Source: Vicinamibacterales bacterium | GTDB lineage: Bacteria > Acidobacteriota > Vicinamibacteria > Vicinamibacterales > CAVVIG01 | Direction of reading: 5' to 3' | DNA length: 64,000 nucleotides | Assembly (NCBI GenBank): GCA_036004865.1 | Contig: DASYQZ010000046.1 | Location: 11,473-75,472, forward strand | In this document: piece by piece, positions 9,899 to 17,697 of the stretch | Position numbering within the stretch: position 1 is the stretch's first letter | Layout of the letters: the number at the start of each line of letters is the position of its first letter | Notes under the pieces: generated by a model | Seen by the model: only the letters and a program-made list of their open reading frames with translations | What the model was told of the DNA's origin: nothing | The model's database searches: none | Translations under genes and position numbers: made by a program

Positions 9899-9928
9899 AG
9901 ATAACACGGAAGCCCCGCGTCCTGTCAA
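9899..9928 (-). promoter_or_regulatory. Possible sigma-70-type promoter TTGACA-18-TTATCT for the tauE-cysDNH operon
   Basis: On the minus strand, TTGACA lies at 9928-9923 and TTATCT at 9904-9899. This would give a 5' leader of about 225 nt. Confidence 0.3.
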
Positions 9929-10014
9929 GCGCTCATTCACGCCGTTCCACGTCCCGTTCGTGCCAAACCGCTAGGCCGGTCACAGACTTCACCGCATGCT
10001 GATCGCAGGGAGGG

Positions 10015-10410
10015 ATGCGCATGCGCATCATCAAAGTCATCGGGATGTGGACGCTGCAGATTCTGCTCGGCGCGTTGTTCGTCGTGGTGGGCGCGGCGAA
10101 GTTCGGCGATCCGGGCTGGGCGCGGAAGTTCGCCGCCTGGGGATATGCCGACAGTTTTCGAATCGTCGTCGGCGTGCTCGAGATCGCAGGCGGGCTGATG
10201 GTGCTCGTCCCGCGTGTGGCGCCGTACGGATCACTGCTAATCATGACGATTATGGTCGGCGCCGCCATCACGCATCTCCAACACGGCGAAATGCAGCGGC
10301 TCGCCGCGCCGCTGGTCTATCTCGCCGTCGCCGCTGCGGTCGGTTGGCTTCGGCGCTCGTCCGCCATCTCGCCGTCACGCGGCCGGGGACCTGAGCGGGC
10401 AGTGGTATAA
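10015..10410 (+). CDS. DoxX family membrane protein
   Basis: 131 aa with four hydrophobic helices and WTLQILLGALFVVVGAAKF. AGGGAGGG lies upstream of the start. Confidence 0.7.
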   Translation: MRMRIIKVIGMWTLQILLGALFVVVGAAKFGDPGWARKFAAWGYADSFRIVVGVLEIAGGLMVLVPRVAPYGSLLIMTIMVGAAITHLQHGEMQRLAAPLVYLAVAAAVGWLRRSSAISPSRGRGPERAVV

Positions 10411-10418
10411 CCCTGCGC

Positions 10419-11465
10419 GTGGCGTGGTGGCCCATCCTCGGTGTCTATACGGTCCTGGGCCTGCTGTTCACCGGACAGGTCGTCATCGACTACGCGTACG
10501 CGGGACATCCGCTCGCATGGTGGCGCGCGATGGCGCTCGCGTTGATCGAGTGGTACCTGTGGGCGCTCGCGACGCCGATCGTCGTGTGGCTCGCGCGGCG
10601 GTTTCGTCTCGATCGGCGCCATTGGCTCGGCTCGCTCGCCGTGCACATGCCGGCGAGCGTGGTGTGCACCGTCGCGAAGCAGATTGCCGACACGGTGGCC
10701 GCCTCCACGATTACCGGCATCGCGCGCGGACCCTTCTCGTTCATCACAATCAACATGGCGTTTCTGACGTACTGGGTGATCGTGGGCGCCACGTACGCCG
10801 CCGAGCACTATCAGAAGTACCGCGAACGGGAGCTGGAGGCGGCGCGTCTGGAAACCGCGCTCGCGCGATCGGAGCTGCAGTCGCTGCGCATGCAACTCCA
10901 TCCGCACTTTCTGTTCAACACGCTCAACACGATCGCCGCGCTCATGCGCGAAGATGTCGAGGCCGCCGACGTCATGATGGCGCGGCTCGGCGATCTGCTG
11001 CGCGTGACGCTCGCGTCGGCCGACGTCCCGGAGGTGCCGCTCAGACGCGAGCTGGAGCTCGTCGAGATGTACCTGGAGATTCAGCGCGCGCGGATGGGCG
11101 AACGCCTGACGGCCCGCATCGATGCGGCGCCCGACACGCTCGATGCGGCGGTGCCGACACTCCTGCTGCAGCCGATCGTCGAGAACGCCGTGCGGCATGG
11201 GGCGGGGGCGAGGCCGGGCGCGGCGCGCATCGACGTCTCCGCTGTTCGCGAGGGCGACACGTTGATTCTCGACGTGCGGGACGATGGGCCGGGGCCAGCG
11301 CCGGCGGCAGCATTTCGACACGGTCTCGAGAACACGCGCGCGAGACTGGCCGCCGCGCACGGCCCGGCGGCATCGTTCGAGTTGAGCCGCGCGGCCGGCG
11401 GCGGCGCGCTCGCGCGCCTGCGGATGCCGATTCGACCGGTCGAGTTGGCGGGGACCGGCACATGA
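10419..11465 (+). CDS. LytS/YehU-type sensor histidine kinase
   Basis: N-terminal TM helices. H-box LHPHFLFNTLNTI. HATPase boxes QPIVENAVRHG and DDGPG. Confidence 0.8.
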   Translation: MAWWPILGVYTVLGLLFTGQVVIDYAYAGHPLAWWRAMALALIEWYLWALATPIVVWLARRFRLDRRHWLGSLAVHMPASVVCTVAKQIADTVAASTITGIARGPFSFITINMAFLTYWVIVGATYAAEHYQKYRERELEAARLETALARSELQSLRMQLHPHFLFNTLNTIAALMREDVEAADVMMARLGDLLRVTLASADVPEVPLRRELELVEMYLEIQRARMGERLTARIDAAPDTLDAAVPTLLLQPIVENAVRHGAGARPGAARIDVSAVREGDTLILDVRDDGPGPAPAAAFRHGLENTRARLAAAHGPAASFELSRAAGGGALARLRMPIRPVELAGTGT

Positions 11466-12219
11466 CGCTACGCGCGCTCATCGTCGACGACGAGCCGCTC
11501 GCGCGGCGCCGGTTGAGGACGCTGTTGAAGGCCGAAGCAGATCTCGACATCGTCGGCGAGTGCGAAGATGGCGTGTCGGCGATCGCGGAGACCCGGCGAT
11601 TGGCGCCCGACGTGCTGTTCCTCGACGTGCAGATGCCCGGCCTGGACGGCTTCGACGTCATCGAAGCGCTCGGGCCGTCGGCGCGCGCCGCGGTCATCTT
11701 CGTGACCGCGTACGACCAGCATGCGCTGCGGGCGTTCGAGGTCCATGCGGTCGACTATCTGTTGAAGCCGTTCGATCGGGCCCGACTGCGGCAGGCGGTG
11801 GCGCGCGTCCGCGCGCTCCGTGTGGACGCCGCCGAATTGGGCCGGCGCCTGCTCGCGTTGGTCGGCGACGTGACGGCCAATCGGCCGCTCGATCGGGTGG
11901 TCGTGAAGTGCGCGGCCGCGTGTACTTCGTCCGCGCCGACGAGATTGATTGGATCGAGGCCGCCGGACATTACGTGGTCTTGCACATCGCGCGCGAGGAA
12001 CATGTCATTCGCGAGTCGATCAAAACGCTTGCAGAGCGGCTGGACGCCGATCGGTTCGTCCGGATTCACCGATCGATCATCGTGAACATCGATCGCGTGA
12101 AAGCGCTCGCGCCGACGTTCCACGGCGAGTACGAACTGGAGCTGCGCGACGGTACGCGCCTGGCGTCGGCCCGGGGTTATTCGGACCGACTCCAGGCGCT
12201 CGCCAGGGGACACTTCTAA
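11462..12219 (+). pseudogene. LytR/AlgR (LytTR) response regulator, apparent -1 frame break near 11906-11914
   Basis: The receiver domain (MTLRALIVDDEPLAR..FLDVQMPGLDG..LLKPF) is in the frame of ATG 11462. The LytTR domain (RVYFVRADEIDWIEAAGHYVVLH..FVRIHRSIIVN) is in the frame of ORF 11560-12219. The switch lies between AAG (11906) and GGCCGC. Confidence 0.7.
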
Positions 12220-12328
12220 TTGCAGATTGCAGATTGCAGATTGCTGATTCAAATTGCTGATTTGCTGATTGCTGAATGCGTTTGAATTCAATCTGCAATC
12301 TGCAATCTGCAATCTGCAATCTGCAATG
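12219..12328. repeat. Palindromic periodic-unit element, CAGATTG family
   Basis: The left arm is (ATTGCAG)x3 plus ATTGCTG variants. The right arm is (ATCTGCA)x4 ending CTGCAATG. It lies between convergent stops 12219 and 12337. Confidence 0.85.
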
Positions 12329-12336
12329 TCGCGAGG

Positions 12337-13533
12337 CTATTTCGCCGCCGTCAGCATGATCTCGACAAGGCCGTCGGCGCCCATCAGGCCGCTGCCGACG
12401 GTGGCGCGAGCGGGGAAATCCTTCTTGAACGTCTCGCGGTAGCCGGCATTCATACTCTGGTAGTTCGCCATGTTCGTCAGATAGACGACGCCGTCCACGA
12501 CGTGATCCCACTCGAAGCCGGCCGCCTTCAGTGTGCGGCCGATCCGCGCCAGCGCCTCGACGGTCTGTGCTTTCGCGTCGCCCTTGTTGGTCTCGGTGTT
12601 GCCGAGGATCCCCGCGACGTACAGCCGATTGCCGACGCGGATCGCCGAGCTCAGATTCGGATTCGGCTTGCCGGGTGATCCGTCGGCGGCCGGAGTCGTG
12701 ATGGCCGTCCGGCCTGGATCCTTCACTGCGACCATGGTGATCTCGACGACATAGTCGGGGCCCGCCAGTCCGGTTTTCACCGTCGCACGTGCCGGTGGAG
12801 ACGACGGGAAGTACGTCCGGTATGCCGCGTTCATCGCCTGGAACGTGGTGTCGTCGGTCAGATAGACACGCGAGCTCACGACGTCCGCGAAGGTCATGCC
12901 GGCCTGTTTGAGAATCGCCCCCGCGTTGTCGAGCACCGTCTTCGTCTGCGCCGTGATGTCACCCTTCACGACGGAGTTGTCCTTGCCGTTCCGGCTCACG
13001 AGCCCGGCAAGGAACAGCGTGTTGCCGCTCTTGATCCCGTAGCTGTAGGGGCTCGGCGACTTGATCCAGTCGCTCGGGTGCACGACCACGCGCTCGGCGC
13101 CATTCGGCACGGCGACCATCGAGATCTCAATCAGCCCGTCGGGGTTCGCAAACGGCTGCGGGACGATGACGGTCGTGCGCGTTGGCGGATCCTTCGGCCA
13201 GTAGGTCGAGTACACCTCGTTCATCGCGGCGAAGTCGCCCGCGTTCTGCAGGTAGACCATGACGCTCGCGGCATTGGCGAAGCTCGAGCCTGCCGCCTTC
13301 AGCGTCGCGCCGATGTTGTCGAGCGTCTGTCTGGTCTGTGCCTTGATGTCGCCCTTGGCGACCGGGCCGCTGGCGGGACCGATGGTCCCGGCCACGTAGA
13401 TGAGCCCGCCCGCCTTGACCGCGCCACTGAACGGCCGCGTGGCGTCGGGCTTGAAGATTTGTTTCGACGATGACTGAGCGAGCGTCATGGTGATGGCGAG
13501 GCTCGCAAAGGCGAGCACGAGAAACAGGCGCAT
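12337..13533 (-). CDS. Secreted protein with three tandem RidA/YjgF/L-PSP domains
   Basis: Signal peptide MRLFLVLAFASLAITMTLAQ. Three repeats of about 125 aa each end in ..AR(A/T)TV..(V/I)EI(S/T/M).. . AGGAG lies 7 nt before the ATG. Confidence 0.75.
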   Translation of the reverse strand: MRLFLVLAFASLAITMTLAQSSSKQIFKPDATRPFSGAVKAGGLIYVAGTIGPASGPVAKGDIKAQTRQTLDNIGATLKAAGSSFANAASVMVYLQNAGDFAAMNEVYSTYWPKDPPTRTTVIVPQPFANPDGLIEISMVAVPNGAERVVVHPSDWIKSPSPYSYGIKSGNTLFLAGLVSRNGKDNSVVKGDITAQTKTVLDNAGAILKQAGMTFADVVSSRVYLTDDTTFQAMNAAYRTYFPSSPPARATVKTGLAGPDYVVEITMVAVKDPGRTAITTPAADGSPGKPNPNLSSAIRVGNRLYVAGILGNTETNKGDAKAQTVEALARIGRTLKAAGFEWDHVVDGVVYLTNMANYQSMNAGYRETFKKDFPARATVGSGLMGADGLVEIMLTAAK

Positions 13534-13563
13534 GTGTAGCTCCTGAAAAAAGAGAGGGTCATT

Positions 13564-13989
13564 CTACACGTTGTTTCCCTCCGTCGGCCGGCTTTCGCCG
13601 TCCGCCGTGAGCTGCACTTTTGGCGCGAGCGACCAGTCGAACTCCTGCAGGCGTCCGGGTCCCAGGCGCTCGACCTCGTGCAGTGCCGCCGCCGCCGCGT
13701 CGACGAGCGCCTGGACATCGACGCGCTGGCACCGCGGCAGAAACGGCGCGAGATATCGCGGACCGCGCGTCAGGAGGTACACCGTCCCGTGGTGATTCAG
13801 CCGGCGAAGCTGGTAGAACGCGACGCCGATCTGCAGGATGCCCTGGTAGAGGTAGCGGATGTCGCGTCGCTCCGCGATCCAGAGCCGCTCGAGCGTCTCG
13901 TGCTGCTCGAAGTACTCGCCGCGATTGAACTGCGCGATGCCCTCGAGAAGCAGCGGCGGCGGCGGTTCGTCGCATGGTCTGGGCGTCAG
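13564..13989 (-). CDS. DUF309-like protein, start codon unresolved
   Basis: The frame reads LLLEGIAQFNRGEYFEQHETLERLWIAERR...YQGILQIGVAFY. There is no in-frame ATG/GTG/TTG upstream of 13782. ATG 13975 is in another frame just before a (CCG)4 tract, and CTG 13989 is the only in-frame candidate. Confidence 0.5.
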   Translation of the reverse strand: MTPRPCDEPPPPLLLEGIAQFNRGEYFEQHETLERLWIAERRDIRYLYQGILQIGVAFYQLRRLNHHGTVYLLTRGPRYLAPFLPRCQRVDVQALVDAAAAALHEVERLGPGRLQEFDWSLAPKVQLTADGESRPTEGNNV

Positions 13990-14008
13990 GCGCTGTATCT
14001 TAATAGAG

Positions 14009-14401
14009 ATGATCGAGAAGCGGCGATCGAAGATCCATGGATGGGGCGTCTACGCGACCAAACGGATTCCAAGGAACAAGCGCATCATCGACTACGCCGG
14101 CGAGAAGATCTCGAACCAGGAGAGCCTCAGGCGCGAGCGGCGGTACATTCAGCGGGGCCACATCTGGTGTTTCAAGCTGACGAACCGCACCGTCATCGAC
14201 GCCGGCATCGGCGGCAACAACGCGCGCTTCATCAATCATTCCTGCCGCCCCAACTGCTACGTGCACATCGTCGGCGGAATCATCTGGATTCGCGCGGCGC
14301 GGACCATTCGAAAGGGCGAGGAGCTGACCTACAACTACAACACGGACGGTGACGGCCTGATCAAATGCCGATGCCGCCCCGGCTGCCAGAAACTGTTGTG
14401 A
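14009..14401 (+). CDS. SET domain protein (putative protein-lysine methyltransferase)
   Basis: IHGWGVYATKRI, ARFINHSCRPNC, ELTYNY and a C-terminal CRCRPGC post-SET-like motif. Confidence 0.8.
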   Translation: MIEKRRSKIHGWGVYATKRIPRNKRIIDYAGEKISNQESLRRERRYIQRGHIWCFKLTNRTVIDAGIGGNNARFINHSCRPNCYVHIVGGIIWIRAARTIRKGEELTYNYNTDGDGLIKCRCRPGCQKLL

Positions 14402-15072
14402 AGGCCCTTCGACCGGCTCAGGGCAGGCCGCGCGTCGTCTACCTCCACGGCTTCGCCTCGTCTTCTCGTTCGACGAAGGCGGCCTATTTCGGCGACCGGC
14501 TCCGGGAGCACGGGGTCGCGTTCGAATGTCCCGACTTCAACGAGCCGGACTTCGAGACGATGACCGTGACGCGGATGCTCGATCAGCTCGGGACGGCCCT
14601 CGCTCGCGGCGGCGACGGCCCCGTGGCGCTCATGGGATCGAGCCTCGGCGGCACGCTGGCGATTCTCGCGGCCGCGAAATTTCAATCGTCGATCGATCGC
14701 GTCGTACTGCTCGCGCCGGCGGTCATGTTCGCCAAGCCCGGGGATCACGTGTTGCCACCAGAGCGCATCCAGGAGTGGCGGCTGCGGGGCGCGATGCCGT
14801 TTTTTCACCACGGGTACAACGAGGAGCGCCTCCTGAACGTCTCGTTCTACGAGGACAGCCTCGAGTACGATGCGTTCCACACAGCCGTCGAGCAACCGAC
14901 GCTCGTCTTTCAAGGTCTGCGCGACGCGTCGGTGGACTACCGCACGGTCGAAGCGTTCGCGCGCACACGACCGAACGTCACGTTGTCGCTGCTGGACGAT
15001 GATCATCAATTGATGACGAGCCTGCCGCGCATCTGGGAGGGCGTCGCGGATTTCCTGGAGCTCGTCGAGTGA
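14398..15072 (+). CDS. YqiA/UPF0227-like alpha/beta hydrolase (esterase)
   Basis: VVYLHGFASS and the nucleophile elbow GSSLGG. GTG 14398 overlaps the SET stop (GTGA). The track start ATG 14365 is an alternative. Confidence 0.65.
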   Translation: MKALRPAQGRPRVVYLHGFASSSRSTKAAYFGDRLREHGVAFECPDFNEPDFETMTVTRMLDQLGTALARGGDGPVALMGSSLGGTLAILAAAKFQSSIDRVVLLAPAVMFAKPGDHVLPPERIQEWRLRGAMPFFHHGYNEERLLNVSFYEDSLEYDAFHTAVEQPTLVFQGLRDASVDYRTVEAFARTRPNVTLSLLDDDHQLMTSLPRIWEGVADFLELVE

Positions 15073-15095
15073 TTCGCAATCGCCACAGCCGCGAC

Positions 15096-15197
15096 ACACG
15101 GAAACGCAACCACGAAAGCACGAAAGCACGAAAAAGATTTTCTTGTACAAGAATGCGTTCGTGGTTTCGTGGTTTCGTGGTTGCACTTTTCGTCGTG
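15096..15197. repeat. Palindromic periodic-unit element, CACGAAA(G) family
   Basis: Left arm GCAACCACGAAAGCACGAAAGCACGAAAAAG. Centre ATTTTCTTGTACAAGAAT. Right arm CGTTCGTGGTTTCGTGGTTTCGTGGTTGC. It overlaps the start and signal peptide of the SpoIID gene. Confidence 0.85.
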
Positions 15198-16739
15198 GGT
15201 TCACTCGCGAGTGCGATCCAGGAGTCACCCATCCAACTCCGCGTGGGCCTCGCGAGACCCGGCGGCGGATACGCCATCGCGACGCTGCCGCTGGAGACGT
15301 ATGTCGCGCGCGTGCTGGCGGGCGAAGCGGCGCGTGACAGTCAGCCGGCGGCGCTCGAAGCGCTGGCGATCACGATTCGCACGTTCGCGCTCGCGAATCG
15401 CGGGCGGCACCGCGCCGATGGATTCGACCTCTGCGATCAGACGCACTGTCAGGTCGTGCGGACCGCGACATCGTCGACCGAGCGCGCGGCGCAGGCGACT
15501 GCGGGCCGCATCCTGCTGCGTGGACGTGACGTGGCGAGTGTGTACTACACAGCATCGTGCGGAGGACGGACGGAGATTCCATCGGCCGTCTGGCCCGGTC
15601 ACGACGATCCGCCGTACTTGCCGTCGCACGACGACGATGCCTGCGGAGGCACGCCGGCCTGGGTCGCGGAGATTCAGAACGCGGATGTGTTTCGTGCGCT
15701 GCGCGCGGCCGGATTCCGCGGCGAGCGTCTGCGCGACATGCGCGTCGTGTCGCGGAACGGATCGGATCGCGTCGCGCGGCTGCGGGTCGAGGGTCTGCAG
15801 CCGGATCAGATTTCAGGACAGGACCTGCGCGTCGCCGTCGGCCGCACGCTCGGATGGCAGCACATCAAGAGCACCGCGTTCGAGCTGCGCAAGCAGGGCG
15901 ATGCGTACCGGTTCAGCGGTCACGGGTCAGGGCACGGCGTCGGCCTGTGCGTCATCGGATCGGCGCGCCTCGCCGCGGACGGCCGTGACACCAACTACAT
16001 CTTGGGCCGCTATTTCCCCGGCCTCAACATCTCGACGCCGCCAATCATTACAAGTCGGAGTGAAGTCGGAGTGAAGTCGGAGTCCAGTCCGACTGCAGTC
16101 GGAGTGAAGCCGGAGTCCAGTCCGGCCGGAGTCGGGGTGAAGTCGGAGTCAAGTCCGACTGGAGTCGGAGTGAAGTCGGACTCGAGTCGGAGTGGAGACA
16201 TTTGGGTGGCGCTGCCGGATGACGATGGGGGGGAGCAGGCGGCGATCGTCAGGCTGACGCTGCGCGCCCGCGACGAGCTCGCGCGGACGCTTGGCGTTGC
16301 GCCGCCGCCGCGCGTGACGCTGCGGTTCCACCCGACTACCGACGACTACGAGCGCGCCACCGGCCAGCCGTGGTTCACCTCCGCGGCGATCGTCAACGGC
16401 GAGCTGCACTTTCTTCCGCTCGCGGTGCTCCGCGAACGGGGAGTCCTCGATCGCACGATCCGCCACGAGCTGGTGCACGCGATGACCGACGCCGCGCTCG
16501 CGCGCCGGCCGCTGTGGGTCCGGGAAGGCGCGGCGATCCACTTCGCGGGCGAGCCGCCGATTCCGGGCGAGCCGCAGCAGCGGCCCGCGTTCATGCCGGA
16601 GCCGCGCGCCTCATGCCCCGACGACCACGAGCTGCGGCGCCCCGTCTCGGTCGGCGCGCTGACGAACGCCTACGCGCGCGCGCGCGCGTGTTTTGCGAAG
16701 CAGATCCAGGGCGGTAAACCGTGGCGGGATGTGAAGTGA
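15153..16739 (+). CDS. SpoIID/LytB domain protein fused to a C-terminal HExxH domain
   Basis: YYTASCGGRTE and GHGVGLC are SpoIID motifs. The C-terminal part carries HELVHAM. An 11-aa x4 repeat linker joins the two. ATG 15153 (MRSWFRGFVVALFVV) is preferred over 15069. Confidence 0.75.
   Translation: MRSWFRGFVVALFVVGSLASAIQESPIQLRVGLARPGGGYAIATLPLETYVARVLAGEAARDSQPAALEALAITIRTFALANRGRHRADGFDLCDQTHCQVVRTATSSTERAAQATAGRILLRGRDVASVYYTASCGGRTEIPSAVWPGHDDPPYLPSHDDDACGGTPAWVAEIQNADVFRALRAAGFRGERLRDMRVVSRNGSDRVARLRVEGLQPDQISGQDLRVAVGRTLGWQHIKSTAFELRKQGDAYRFSGHGSGHGVGLCVIGSARLAADGRDTNYILGRYFPGLNISTPPIITSRSEVGVKSESSPTAVGVKPESSPAGVGVKSESSPTGVGVKSDSSRSGDIWVALPDDDGGEQAAIVRLTLRARDELARTLGVAPPPRVTLRFHPTTDDYERATGQPWFTSAAIVNGELHFLPLAVLRERGVLDRTIRHELVHAMTDAALARRPLWVREGAAIHFAGEPPIPGEPQQRPAFMPEPRASCPDDHELRRPVSVGALTNAYARARACFAKQIQGGKPWRDVK
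16053..16195 (+). repeat. In-frame tandem array, 13 x 11 nt (AGTCGGAGTGA variants)
   Basis: 143 nt. Three units make a 33-nt super-period, read as VGVKSESSPTA x4 inside the SpoIID ORF. Units alternate AGTCGGAGT and AGTCCGACT, giving local palindromes. Confidence 0.85.
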
Positions 16740-16744
16740 CATGA

Positions 16745-16922
16745 CATTGCGGATTGCGGATTGCGGATTGCGGATTTATTGACGATTGCCGGATTGTGGA
16801 TTGTTGATTCGATCGGGGTTACGAGCGGCGATTCGGTTGGGGGACTCGCGAATGACGAATGCCCAAATCATCGATGACAAATCAACAATGAATCCGCATT
16901 CCGCAGTCCTCAATCCGCAATG
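16745..16922. repeat. CGGATTG-family palindromic element, long form
   Basis: Termini are CATTGCGGATTGCGGATTGCGGATTGCGGATTTATTGACG and CCGCAGTCCTCAATCCGCAATG. The internal module is shared with 63484-63677. It lies between convergent stops 16739 and 16930. Confidence 0.9.
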
Positions 16923-16929
16923 ACACGAT

Positions 16930-17697
16930 TCACCGATCTCCCCACCGCACTTCGCTGCCGTGCCCGAGCAGGATCTTGCGCAGCTGCAGGTAGCGTTCGC
17001 CGCCGACGCGCTTGCTGATCTTCTTCGCGTTCCACACCACCGCCTGCCGCGCGCACGGGAGCCACTCGCCGGCGGCGAGCCGGGCGGCCGTGTCCGCCGC
17101 GGTCCAGCGTGTGATCGTGAAGCGGCCGAGGAGCGTGAGACCGAACGCATGGCGCACGTGGCGCGTCGGCTCGGACGTGAAGAGGCGCGTGAATCCCGCT
17201 CTGGCCGCTGCCTCGGCGACCTGCGGCGCGAAATCGCCGCCGGGGACCGAGGCGACCTGGACGTCCTCGCCCAGGACGTCGGCGAGCATCGATCGGCTGC
17301 GCGTCCATTCGTCCAGCAACTGCGGCCACGAACAGTGACCCATGCGCAGTGGATGCGAGCACGAATGACTGCCGACCACGTGGCCGCGCGCGCGCAGCTC
17401 GCGCAGGTCGCGGTCAGCGACGAATCCGCGCGTGCCGATGTACTTCGTGGTGATGAAGAAGTGCCCGATGAAACCGTGCCGCTCGAGCGCATCGGCCGCG
17501 ACCATTGCGCTGATGCCCCCGTCGTCGAAGGTGATCACAGGGTCGGGTAGGTCGAGTGGGTCGCTCGCGATTGCCTCGAGATGCGCCTCGAATTGCTCCG
17601 GCGTCACCTTGTACAACGCCGCATCGCGACCGGGGAATCCGCTCGCCTCCGCATCGTCTGCGGCGACGACGTCGTGATACATCAGCGCGGTCGTCAC
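16930..17697 (-). CDS. Polysaccharide deacetylase (NodB homology) family protein
   Basis: MYHDV, ITFDDGG and GSHSCSHP motifs. The GTG start overlaps the upstream stop (GTGA). Confidence 0.75.
   Translation of the reverse strand: MTTALMYHDVVAADDAEASGFPGRDAALYKVTPEQFEAHLEAIASDPLDLPDPVITFDDGGISAMVAADALERHGFIGHFFITTKYIGTRGFVADRDLRELRARGHVVGSHSCSHPLRMGHCSWPQLLDEWTRSRSMLADVLGEDVQVASVPGGDFAPQVAEAAARAGFTRLFTSEPTRHVRHAFGLTLLGRFTITRWTAADTAARLAAGEWLPCARQAVVWNAKKISKRVGGERYLQLRKILLGHGSEVRWGDR

Noticed and set aside
10396-10418. TGGTATAACCCTGC upstream of the LytS-type kinase gene as a sigma-54 box.
   Set aside because: GG to GC spacing is N9, not N10. It overlaps the DoxX stop codon and lies only 2 nt from the GTG start.
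16745-16922. Tandem short repeats considered as a possible CRISPR array.
   Set aside because: The units are 7-11 nt and contiguous, with no unique spacers. The arrays form two complementary arms. No cas genes are present.
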